64,000 nucleotides of DNA from a virus. Positions 56,391 through 64,000 of this stretch are shown here, piece after piece. Positions within the stretch are counted from its first letter, which is position 1. Each line of letters begins with the position of its first letter. The notes beneath the pieces were generated by a model. That model made no database searches. It saw only the letters and a program-made list of their open reading frames with translations, and had not been told where the DNA came from. Position numbers and translations under genes: made by a program. The stretch covers positions 1 to 64,000 of the IMG/VR virus record IMGVR_UViG_3300025133_000037. One strand, given 5' to 3'.

Positions 56391-57142
56391 ATTTCTGGAA
56401 TTATTTGTTTGAAATCTTTACAAAAAGCCTCTCTGTCATTTGCAGGATCAGCAAAATATTCATCTACATCCTTATATGCATCTGGTACGCTTAAAAATCT
56501 TAATTTAATTCCCTTGTTTATATACTTGCTATATATTCTCTCAATAGACTTTTGGCCTGCATCATCTGAATCTAAAACAAATGTTATTTTATCAGTATAT
56601 CTAGCAAGCTTTAAAAAATGATTTTGAGAAAAAGCTGTTCCGCAAATTGCTACAGAGTTGTGGAACCCATTTTTCTCCATCGACAAATAATCAAAATATC
56701 CCTCTAGAACATAAACATTATTAGAACTTATAATACTCCGTTTGGAAGAGTTTAGTCCATATAAGATATTCGCCTTTTTATACGAAGAATTTTTATATTT
56801 TGGAATACCCAAAAGCCTTCTCGCCTCATCCTCCATTAGCGTCCGCCCGCTTATTCCTACTGCATCCCCATATTCTGAAAAGATTGGAAATATTAAATAA
56901 AAATAATTAGAAAAGTCACTTTGCTTTGAAAAATTTAAAATATTCAAACTATTAAGAAGATCTTCTGAAAGATATTTTGTAAGAATATTTGTATTTTGAG
57001 GGAAAAATCCAATTTTATTCTTTCTTATAGACGCCTTCGTTAGACCCCTGTCTTTAACCAGATACCTTAAGCATGACCTTGAGTTTCTTAGATTGCTATG
57101 ACAAATATCTACGAGCTGCTGCAAGCCATCATTCTGATTCAT
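56384..57142 (-). CDS. dnaG: DnaG-type primase catalytic core (no N-terminal zinc-binding domain)
   Basis: Start MNQND at 57142 (GGAGG); 'FPI...G..VG.SGR', 'PKYKNS', 'LEGYFD', 'GTA', 'LDSDDAG', 'KDVDEY'. Confidence 0.9.
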   Translation of the reverse strand: MNQNDGLQQLVDICHSNLRNSRSCLRYLVKDRGLTKASIRKNKIGFFPQNTNILTKYLSEDLLNSLNILNFSKQSDFSNYFYLIFPIFSEYGDAVGISGRTLMEDEARRLLGIPKYKNSSYKKANILYGLNSSKRSIISSNNVYVLEGYFDYLSMEKNGFHNSVAICGTAFSQNHFLKLARYTDKITFVLDSDDAGQKSIERIYSKYINKGIKLRFLSVPDAYKDVDEYFADPANDREAFCKDFKQIIPEIW

Positions 57143-57497
57143 TTTCTTCCTCCAGCGCCGGCACTTCATTAATCCTTTCTATTGCACTGACCATATGCTC
57201 TGTTATATTAATCTTGCAACCAACGCCATCATTGGGGCACTCCCTACCCACTAGCAGCCCTGATTTAACCATTGTTTCAACAGGCTTTTCGCAAGTATTG
57301 CATGGAAACATAAATGCCTTTTTGCCCTTATGTCTAACAATGTCTCCATTCGCCTTCATGGAGAGCTTCGCATAAGAAGAAACCTCGCTTAAGACATCTC
57401 CGCAATTATTGCAAATCACATCGTCACTGTTTGTGTCTAAAGAGCCGTCAGTAAACCCATCACTCTCTCTACATTTTGCATTACATCTTACAATCAT
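57129..57497 (-). CDS. Zinc-ribbon protein
   Basis: CNAKC, CNNC, CNTC and CPNDGVGC Cys pairs; overlaps the primase start. Confidence 0.65.
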   Translation of the reverse strand: MIVRCNAKCRESDGFTDGSLDTNSDDVICNNCGDVLSEVSSYAKLSMKANGDIVRHKGKKAFMFPCNTCEKPVETMVKSGLLVGRECPNDGVGCKINITEHMVSAIERINEVPALEEENESE

Positions 57498-57509
57498 TAC
57501 GCCTCCGAC

Positions 57510-58655
57510 TTATTGAATTGAATTAATTAAAGGATTTGCCTCTTCCGCTAAAGGCTCGGAATCATCATACTCTTCTGTATTTAAATATATATTTCTAACT
57601 TTATCATTATACTTGACCATTAGTCCTTCGCTGTTTTTAACTGCCTCTATGGCGTTATCCCTCCCCCTAATCTTCTCTCCATTAACTAAATAGCTCTGAG
57701 TACTAGGTCGTTCAATTAAATTATATTTAACTGCAAGATCAAAGATTTCCTCATAAACTCTAACTACACCCTTTTCATACTCCACCTTATACTCTGCTTG
57801 CCTGAATGGTGCGCCAACCTTATTCTTCTGTATCTTAGCTCTAACTGTATGTCCAATCTTATCCCCTGCTGTATTTTTGATGACAGAATCAGAACTAAAA
57901 ACTGGAGCCATATTAATCATAAGGCTGCAAGCATGCTTGAGAGCCTTCCCTCCGGGGGATGTAGTTGGGTCTCCAAACATTTGCCCAAGATTAACCCTAA
58001 CTTGGTTAATCCCTATAAATGCAACATTTGCCTGGGCTACTACTGGAGTTAGCTTTTTAAGCTCTGTTGATAAAAACCTAGGAATTGGAGCCATATTTGC
58101 CTTTCCAATATCTGCGGCTATTTCAAGTGGAGTATTGAGAACTGCAATGGAGTCCAAAACTATTATTCCAAGATTTTTAAACCTTGGATCCGTGCCCTCT
58201 ATGACATGATCCAATATACCCCGCATATTCTTGCTTACCTTTTTAGTTGCAGAATTTACCTTCATAGTGCCAATGAGTCCCTGGAAAATTGCTTTAGCAT
58301 CATTTGTCTTGATAACCATAACTCGGGAAATATCAACCCCCTGTTTCATGGCCCACTCAGGATCATAAGTATATTCTGCATCAATAAATAATGCTGTATT
58401 TTCAGGATTTTGATCCAAGTATTCTTTAATGCAAGATAATGCAAGCATGGTCTTTCCAGAGCTTTCTCTTCCAGCAAGCTGCGTTATTCTTCCCATTGGA
58501 ATTCCGCCTATGCCTATTGCCTCATCCAGCTTTGGGCTCCCAGTGCTTATAGCGTCATATTTTGTTGATATATTCCCATCAAAAAAGATGGTATCTTCTC
58601 CAAAGAAGTTTACAATTTCTCGCTCTGCTTCACTGGCTGATAATTTTTTCGCCAT
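57510..58655 (-). CDS. recA: RecA recombinase
   Basis: 'STGS..LD.AIG.GGIP.GRI', 'GRESSGKT', 'FIDAE', 'IVLDSIA', 'INQVR', 'PGGKALK', 'KNKVGAPF'. Confidence 0.95.
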   Translation of the reverse strand: MAKKLSASEAEREIVNFFGEDTIFFDGNISTKYDAISTGSPKLDEAIGIGGIPMGRITQLAGRESSGKTMLALSCIKEYLDQNPENTALFIDAEYTYDPEWAMKQGVDISRVMVIKTNDAKAIFQGLIGTMKVNSATKKVSKNMRGILDHVIEGTDPRFKNLGIIVLDSIAVLNTPLEIAADIGKANMAPIPRFLSTELKKLTPVVAQANVAFIGINQVRVNLGQMFGDPTTSPGGKALKHACSLMINMAPVFSSDSVIKNTAGDKIGHTVRAKIQKNKVGAPFRQAEYKVEYEKGVVRVYEEIFDLAVKYNLIERPSTQSYLVNGEKIRGRDNAIEAVKNSEGLMVKYNDKVRNIYLNTEEYDDSEPLAEEANPLINSIQ

Positions 58656-58671
58656 TTTCAACTCCTATATT

Positions 58672-60318
58672 TTATCGTTTATGCTTTAATCTTCCATCTT
58701 CTGGCAATCTCCACCCTGCTGGGGGCTGCCAACTAGACGGATTCTCAGGCTGCTCAGAGACAACCGCATCTGTGTTTATCAATAACAAAGATATGCTTGC
58801 AGCATTTTGCAGAGCAGTTCTCGTTACTTTTTTTGGATCTATAACTCCGGCCTTAACCATATTCTCATACTTATCTGTAGCGGCATTATATCCAAAGTTT
58901 ACATCTTTATTGCCCAAAACTTTGCTTATAACTTCATCTTCATTCTTGTATGCATTTCTAACAATCTGTGATATCGGACGCGCACACGCATCTATGAGGA
59001 CGCGGGCTGCAGGAATAAAAGCCTTGTTTACTTTAGATAGATCTACCATCTCTGCCGCCTTCAGAAGTGCAGAGCCCCCGCCGGGAACATACCCTTCTTC
59101 TATCGCCGCTCGTGTGGCGCATATTGCGTCATCAACTCGGTCCCCCTTCTCTCTAAGCTCAAGCTCAGTCGAATATCCCACTGACACTACCGCCGCTTTA
59201 CTCTGCAGAAATGCTATTCTCTTTTTAACATCTAATCTGGTCGAATCTCCAATTAGTTTTTCCAAATCATTCTTATAAATATGCAACTTTTTCTCCAACC
59301 TTTCTTTATCTGCCTTGCCCTCTAATATCTTAGTCACATATTTGTTAACTACAACTTTTTTTGCAAACCCAAGGTCATCTATAGATGCAGAGGAAAATGG
59401 CATTCCCCTATCTGATGAAAATACTTTAGTGCCTGTTATGATAGATAGTGCGTCAAGCCATTCCTCTTGTAACGCTCCTAACATAGGGAGTTTAACAGCC
59501 ACAGCTTTAAGCCTGCCCAGCTTATTATTGGCCACAAGAGTTGACAGCACCTCTTGCTTTACATTCCTGGCTAATATCAAAACAGGAAGGTTTTTATCTG
59601 ATAATTCATTTAGCAGGCCTAAGCAAGATGATAAATTTGAAATATCTTCATTGCAAATTAATATATTACATCTTTCTATTGTTATATCTGACTGTCCATA
59701 TTCTGTTAAAAATGCAGGAGTTATATACCCAGCCTCTAGCTCCACTCCGTCGACAAATCTAACGGAGTTTTCTAGCCCAGGACAAGCCTCTGCCACTACG
59801 GTCCCCTCTATTCCTACTGCATCAAATGCCTCTGCTATTTTATCACCTATATCGGAATCATTATTTGCGGATATTGTGGCAATATTTTTTAAGTCATCTA
59901 ATCCGCTAATCTCTGTACTCATATTGTTTAAATTGTTAACGACCTCTTTTACCGCCCACTCCAAACCTCGTCTAAAATCTAGTGGACTATAATTATCATT
60001 TATTAATTCACACCCTCTCTTTAGAATTTCATGCGTTAAAACTGTCGCAGTAGTTGTCCCGTCTCCGGCTACCTCTGCGGTTCTTCCTGCGGCCTCCTTA
60101 ATTAATTGGCAAGCCAACTCTTCCACTGGATCTTCCAAAGTAACTTCTCTAGCGACAGTTATTCCGTCCTTTGTAAGAACTGGGGCTCCAACAAATTTGC
60201 CCAAGATTACATTCTTTCCCTGAGGACCCATAGTTACAGCTACAGTTCGCGCCAACTTTTCAGCACCAGAAAGCAACCTTTCTCTAGCTTCTTTTTCATA
60301 AATTAAATCTTTAGCCAT
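58672..60318 (-). CDS. groEL: GroEL-like chaperonin
   Basis: 'TMGPQGKNV', 'TKDGITVA', 'AGDGTTTAT', 'ATISAN', 'EEGYVPGGG', 'GVIDPKKVTR.AL.NA.S'. Confidence 0.95.
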   Translation of the reverse strand: MAKDLIYEKEARERLLSGAEKLARTVAVTMGPQGKNVILGKFVGAPVLTKDGITVAREVTLEDPVEELACQLIKEAAGRTAEVAGDGTTTATVLTHEILKRGCELINDNYSPLDFRRGLEWAVKEVVNNLNNMSTEISGLDDLKNIATISANNDSDIGDKIAEAFDAVGIEGTVVAEACPGLENSVRFVDGVELEAGYITPAFLTEYGQSDITIERCNILICNEDISNLSSCLGLLNELSDKNLPVLILARNVKQEVLSTLVANNKLGRLKAVAVKLPMLGALQEEWLDALSIITGTKVFSSDRGMPFSSASIDDLGFAKKVVVNKYVTKILEGKADKERLEKKLHIYKNDLEKLIGDSTRLDVKKRIAFLQSKAAVVSVGYSTELELREKGDRVDDAICATRAAIEEGYVPGGGSALLKAAEMVDLSKVNKAFIPAARVLIDACARPISQIVRNAYKNEDEVISKVLGNKDVNFGYNAATDKYENMVKAGVIDPKKVTRTALQNAASISLLLINTDAVVSEQPENPSSWQPPAGWRLPEDGRLKHKR

Positions 60319-60853
60319 TTAATCTCTCCTTGTAAATATGAGTTAAGGCAACCGCAATAGAATCAGCTTCATCATAACATTCTTTTGCTATATTACCACT
60401 TCTATTTTCTCTTAAGTTAAACTCAATAAAATATTTTTTTATAAATTCAAATGCATCTTCTTTTGTTGAAATTTTGTATCCAGCAACCTTTCCGAGAGAC
60501 GCCCTTATAGTCTGGACGGCATACCTAATGGGCTCTTCTCCCAGGGCCTTTAGCGAGGCAATTGCCATAAGCTCATTAAATACAGATAATACAATTATTG
60601 TTCTGGCCGTACTTTTGCCCGCAGGAAATTTATTCGCATAAGCCTCTACCGCAACTACACCTGGTTCTTTATCTTTTAAAAAAGAATACACCTCATCATA
60701 CGCCGCACTAGCCCGAAAGGCCAGCGATCCCTTTGAGCTTTTCGGAGGCTTTATATATCCATACTCCTTTAAGACAATCTTTTGATCATCATACTCAAGT
60801 ATAGACCACCCAATCGTGCTCGATGATATATCTAATCCTAATACTGTTTTCAT
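60311..60853 (-). CDS. ruvC: RuvC-like Holliday junction resolvase
   Basis: 'VLGLDISS..IGW', 'VAVE', 'DEADSIAVA'. Confidence 0.85.
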   Translation of the reverse strand: MKTVLGLDISSSTIGWSILEYDDQKIVLKEYGYIKPPKSSKGSLAFRASAAYDEVYSFLKDKEPGVVAVEAYANKFPAGKSTARTIIVLSVFNELMAIASLKALGEEPIRYAVQTIRASLGKVAGYKISTKEDAFEFIKKYFIEFNLRENRSGNIAKECYDEADSIAVALTHIYKERLNG

Positions 60854-60855
60854 AA

Positions 60856-60893
60856 TAAAAAAGGCACACAGAAATTATACTCTGTGTGCCTTA
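60856..60893 (-). terminator. Hairpin/terminator after ssb
   Basis: aaggcacacag/ctgtgtgcctt stem plus U-run. Confidence 0.75.
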
Positions 60894-60919
60894 AATATCT
60901 TGACTACAAGATGATTTTT

Positions 60920-61534
60920 TTATTCAAAATCAAAATCAAAATCATCATCAGTCGCCGCCTCTACACCGTCAGAAACAGAGGCTGTAACATCCCAGCTCAT
61001 AACATCGCAAACCACCTCACTAGTAGAGGGAGATATTAACTTCTCTACGTTAACGCGATCATTGAAGTCCACAAACCGAGTCTTAAAGTCACCGGACAGC
61101 ACCTCTTTCGGATTCGGGGTTACGCTATAAAGAGGCTGAGTTCCCTTTGGCCCCTTATTTATAGTTACATCATACGCGGTAACCTTACCCCAGCGACTAT
61201 TGTTATACAATGCCTTAATAGCATTATATATTTGAGGACCGACCTCTAGCAGTCTAAATGTATCGTCTGTACGATCCAGCACCTTAATGAGCCATCGTGG
61301 CTGACGCTTAAACCCAGAGTCCTCTAAGCGGCGAACAAGGTCAGGGTGATCGACCGGGCTGTTAACCTTGCGTCGAGCACCGTCAGGTGTTACGACCCAG
61401 TGAATGTAAAATTGCACCGGATTACCCATTACCCGAACTGTGTTCTCACCCTCTTCAAGCCGCATAAAATCAGACTTCGTAGAGCCAGAATCTGCCGCGT
61501 TCCAATCAACTTCTCCAAATACCATATTTGTCAT
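60920..61534 (-). CDS. Phage single-stranded DNA-binding protein
   Basis: 'FMRLEEGEN.VRV', 'YDV.I.K.....YSV.P', acidic-aromatic tail DDDFDFDFE. Confidence 0.75.
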   Translation of the reverse strand: MTNMVFGEVDWNAADSGSTKSDFMRLEEGENTVRVMGNPVQFYIHWVVTPDGARRKVNSPVDHPDLVRRLEDSGFKRQPRWLIKVLDRTDDTFRLLEVGPQIYNAIKALYNNSRWGKVTAYDVTINKGPKGTQPLYSVTPNPKEVLSGDFKTRFVDFNDRVNVEKLISPSTSEVVCDVMSWDVTASVSDGVEAATDDDFDFDFE

Positions 61535-61616
61535 GTTATTACTCCTATTTTGTGTGACATAGTCACTTGTTTTGGGCTATACCGCAGAATTGCGGATTAT
61601 TGCCATTATTTAGAAT

Positions 61617-62177
61617 TTATCCCCACTCAATATCATCAATATTTCCGCCGAGATCACTCTCGGCTTCTTGCTCAACTCCCGTGGGAAATGGGGTTGATTC
61701 AATCCTTGTATTATACCCAACTGAACTAGCACTTTCAATGCTATAATCTCTATTTAAAAATGTTTTTAACGCATAATGCCAGCCTGAAAAATAAGAAGTT
61801 TTATTTTCAAGCCACTTCTTGCAAGCTTTTGCCAGCACAAGATTATTACACGCATTTATATAGTCCGGATCAGCTTGGGCATGCCACTCCTTATCCTTTA
61901 CGGTCTTAAAGCCTGCCTCCTTAGCTTTAAAGAGAGCGGCTTGCGACCATGCCTTGTTCTTCTCCGACTCTAAGTAGCCAATCCATCTGTCTATCTGAAC
62001 TATCTTTTCTTGACATAAGTTTTGCCCCTCAAGAGTGAACAGAAGACCTTTTTCGGCTATATTTGAATCAACAATTCCGCTAGATGGCAGAAGGTTTACT
62101 ATATTTTCTATAGAAGAAATATCAATGCTTTCCATCGAAAAATTATCTATACAAATCTTTTCATGTAATTTCGACAT
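61617..62177 (-). CDS. Helical protein, possibly UvsY-like recombination mediator
   Basis: Start MSKLH at 62177; 'TVKDKEW.AQADPDY' resembles UvsY-type mediators; next to ssb. Confidence 0.45.
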   Translation of the reverse strand: MSKLHEKICIDNFSMESIDISSIENIVNLLPSSGIVDSNIAEKGLLFTLEGQNLCQEKIVQIDRWIGYLESEKNKAWSQAALFKAKEAGFKTVKDKEWHAQADPDYINACNNLVLAKACKKWLENKTSYFSGWHYALKTFLNRDYSIESASSVGYNTRIESTPFPTGVEQEAESDLGGNIDDIEWG

Positions 62178-62517
62178 CAGATTCCCCCAAGACCCTCTGC
62201 TCAAGGAGGGCGAGTCGCTCAAGTATATTATCCACAGAATATTCTGCGACAACTTTTTCTTCAAATTTCATTACTTTATTTATTTTTTCGTCCAAAAGAC
62301 GAACCCTCTGATTCATCATTATATTTAATATAAAATATACAACTCCAACATTAACCGTATTATCAAGGGGCGGAGTAACAGACTTTATTATTCCATTTTT
62401 ATCCGTAGAGAAAAGGCCTATAAATCCAGACTCACCAAACTTGTCTCTCAAAGAGCAGTAGTAAGAATACTCGCTATCACTTAAGTCTAATCGTTTATTT
62501 GCAACGGCCCTAATCAC
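62161..62517 (-). CDS. Hypothetical protein
   Basis: Operon packing with overlaps. Confidence 0.6.
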   Translation of the reverse strand: MIRAVANKRLDLSDSEYSYYCSLRDKFGESGFIGLFSTDKNGIIKSVTPPLDNTVNVGVVYFILNIMMNQRVRLLDEKINKVMKFEEKVVAEYSVDNILERLALLEQRVLGESDVEIT

Positions 62518-62971
62518 GAGAAAGCCTCCTCACTGCAGGTCCAGTATTTTTTACCGACTTTTCTTTGGCAAGACGCTTAAGTCTAGCAACTTTTAGATCT
62601 AAATCAAGCGCCTCGGGATCGTCGTCCAAGTCGGATAGCGCCTCCGACCTAACTTCGCTCCTAATATCTTCATAAGAAACCTCTTTGAAATCCTCACCAT
62701 TCTCCGCCGGGTCGGCCGGGTCACCCTCTTTCTCCTCATCATTAGACACGGGGAAAAATTCTGTTAGCATAAATAATGCTACATCAAAAATTTTATCATC
62801 ATCTAATCCATGAGAAAATTCTTGCTCTAAAACCCTCTGTTTAAATAGGTCAAGCCTTCTGGCGTAAACATCTCCCAATAAAGCCGAGCCACATGATGGG
62901 CAGCAATTCTTTACTAAGGAATGCCTCATACCTGCATCAACAACAAATGAACACTTTCTACAATTAATCAT
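62510..62971 (-). CDS. Zinc-ribbon hypothetical protein
   Basis: CRKC...CPSCG at N-terminus. Confidence 0.6.
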   Translation of the reverse strand: MINCRKCSFVVDAGMRHSLVKNCCPSCGSALLGDVYARRLDLFKQRVLEQEFSHGLDDDKIFDVALFMLTEFFPVSNDEEKEGDPADPAENGEDFKEVSYEDIRSEVRSEALSDLDDDPEALDLDLKVARLKRLAKEKSVKNTGPAVRRLSRD

Positions 62972-64000
62972 ACTTCTCTCCCATAAACTCTCTCTAGATT
63001 AGATAATGCTAAATCTTTTTGATCAAGATAATTATTTACTCTGCAAATAGCCTTAATTGGCAATCCATCCTTTAGGATGGCCCTGTACCTTTCGTAATCA
63101 TCTGCCCACAAAGTGAGGCCGCATGTATCTCCGTTTATATCTTCTATCAAATATTTCGCAAATTTCTTCCCTACATTTTTGCCATTTTTGATTTTAAACT
63201 CTTTAATTTTCGTTTTTATTATAGCCTCAACCTTGACTCTGGCACCATCATTTTGAGCCTGAACGTTAGAAAGAGGGGTTATTAATGGGCCGCCACTAAA
63301 AAAACTTCTAAATATTTCATGCAAACTGCCGCTTAATGACCTGCCCATAACCTCTCTTTCGTAAAGCAAAATTTCTTTTCGATCCCACTCTTCTTCGGAA
63401 TTAGAGAAGTCTATTTCGGAAACAATATCTTTAAACCGAACCGAACCTTGGGCAATAGAATATTGCAACAACAATGCTGTCCTTTCTTCTTTTGGAATCT
63501 TTTTCCAACCAGTATTTGCCGCCAGGATATCAGATTCAACCTCCTTTTTAACAGCATTTTTAGCTTTAGATCTATACTTCTGATAGTTATCATGCATATC
63601 CATTCTAGTTCTGCCCAGACAATCTAAGGCCCCCGCTTTAGATAAAGACTGAATAGCTGTTTTGCCAACAGTTCTACTGTCATTCCTTGCCAAGAAGTCT
63701 GGGAACCCGTTGTATGGCTGATTTCTTATTATACTCTCTACCGCCTTTTCTCCAACACCCTTGATGGCAGACAAGCCGGTTGCAACAGACCCGTCGTCCA
63801 AGACCCGATACTCCCCAACACTATTGTTGACATTTGGGTTCTCTATATCTATAAGCATCTTTTTGCATTCATCAAGATATTCTTGAACCTTATCACTATT
63901 GGGGTCTTCTGAGTTTATTAATGCGCACATAAATTCAGAGGGATAATGACACTTTAACCATGCTGTATAAAAAGATATTATCGAATAAGATATAGAATGG
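62968..64000 (-). CDS. dnaE: DNA polymerase III alpha subunit (C-terminal part, runs off the window)
   Basis: 'HSISYS...YTAWLK.HYP.EFM.AL', 'P.VN.S', HhH 'GLSAIKGVG', 'AGALD', C-terminal OB fold. Confidence 0.92.
   Translation of the reverse strand, partial: HSISYSIISFYTAWLKCHYPSEFMCALINSEDPNSDKVQEYLDECKKMLIDIENPNVNNSVGEYRVLDDGSVATGLSAIKGVGEKAVESIIRNQPYNGFPDFLARNDSRTVGKTAIQSLSKAGALDCLGRTRMDMHDNYQKYRSKAKNAVKKEVESDILAANTGWKKIPKEERTALLLQYSIAQGSVRFKDIVSEIDFSNSEEEWDRKEILLYEREVMGRSLSGSLHEIFRSFFSGGPLITPLSNVQAQNDGARVKVEAIIKTKIKEFKIKNGKNVGKKFAKYLIEDINGDTCGLTLWADDYERYRAILKDGLPIKAICRVNNYLDQKDLALSNLERVYGREV

Noticed and set aside
43693-58655. Inteins or introns in terminase, RecA or primase
   Set aside because: Lengths are near normal, with no C...HN splice motifs or LAGLIDADG blocks seen
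38-62328. Numerous plus-strand ORFs in the track (e.g. 58562-59278, 59315-59992, 17949-18443)
   Set aside because: They are antisense shadows of well-supported minus-strand genes, with Ser/Leu/Phe-rich translations and no recognisable motifs
1-64000. Stop-codon reassignment (TAG or TGA recoding)
   Set aside because: Long conserved genes are intact in code 11, and TAG/TGA terminate genes at positions abutting the next gene

Overview
This 64-kb window is part of a large, probably jumbo, contractile-tailed dsDNA bacteriophage genome. It is AT-rich, reads in standard code 11, and every credible gene is on the minus strand. In transcription order (64 kb toward 1 kb) it holds four blocks. (1) A replication/recombination block: DnaE-type Pol III alpha C-terminus, SSB, RuvC-like resolvase, GroEL-like chaperonin, RecA, primase core and a sigma-region-4-like HTH. 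(2) A roughly 28-kb head-morphogenesis block: many probable internal/core proteins, a three-gene MotA/ExbB-type membrane cassette, CCA-type nucleotidyltransferase, terminase, portal, prohead protease with a nested scaffold ORF, two decoration-like proteins and the major capsid protein. (3) An array of paralogous fibre-like genes, then neck proteins, two metalloprotease-like genes and a holin/spanin-like cluster. (4) Two paralogous tail fibre/spike genes, tail completion protein, sheath, tube and a sulfotransferase. The most notable signals are a phage-encoded ion-motor-like MotA/MotB plus third-membrane-protein cassette, a shared K-x-A motif and helical-hairpin tag across the head-block proteins (a candidate capsid-targeting and maturation code), a recurring RCTAAT late-promoter-like motif, and a tail-fibre C-terminal domain resembling prasinovirus fibre ends. 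All family calls come from motif recognition by eye; no database searches were run.
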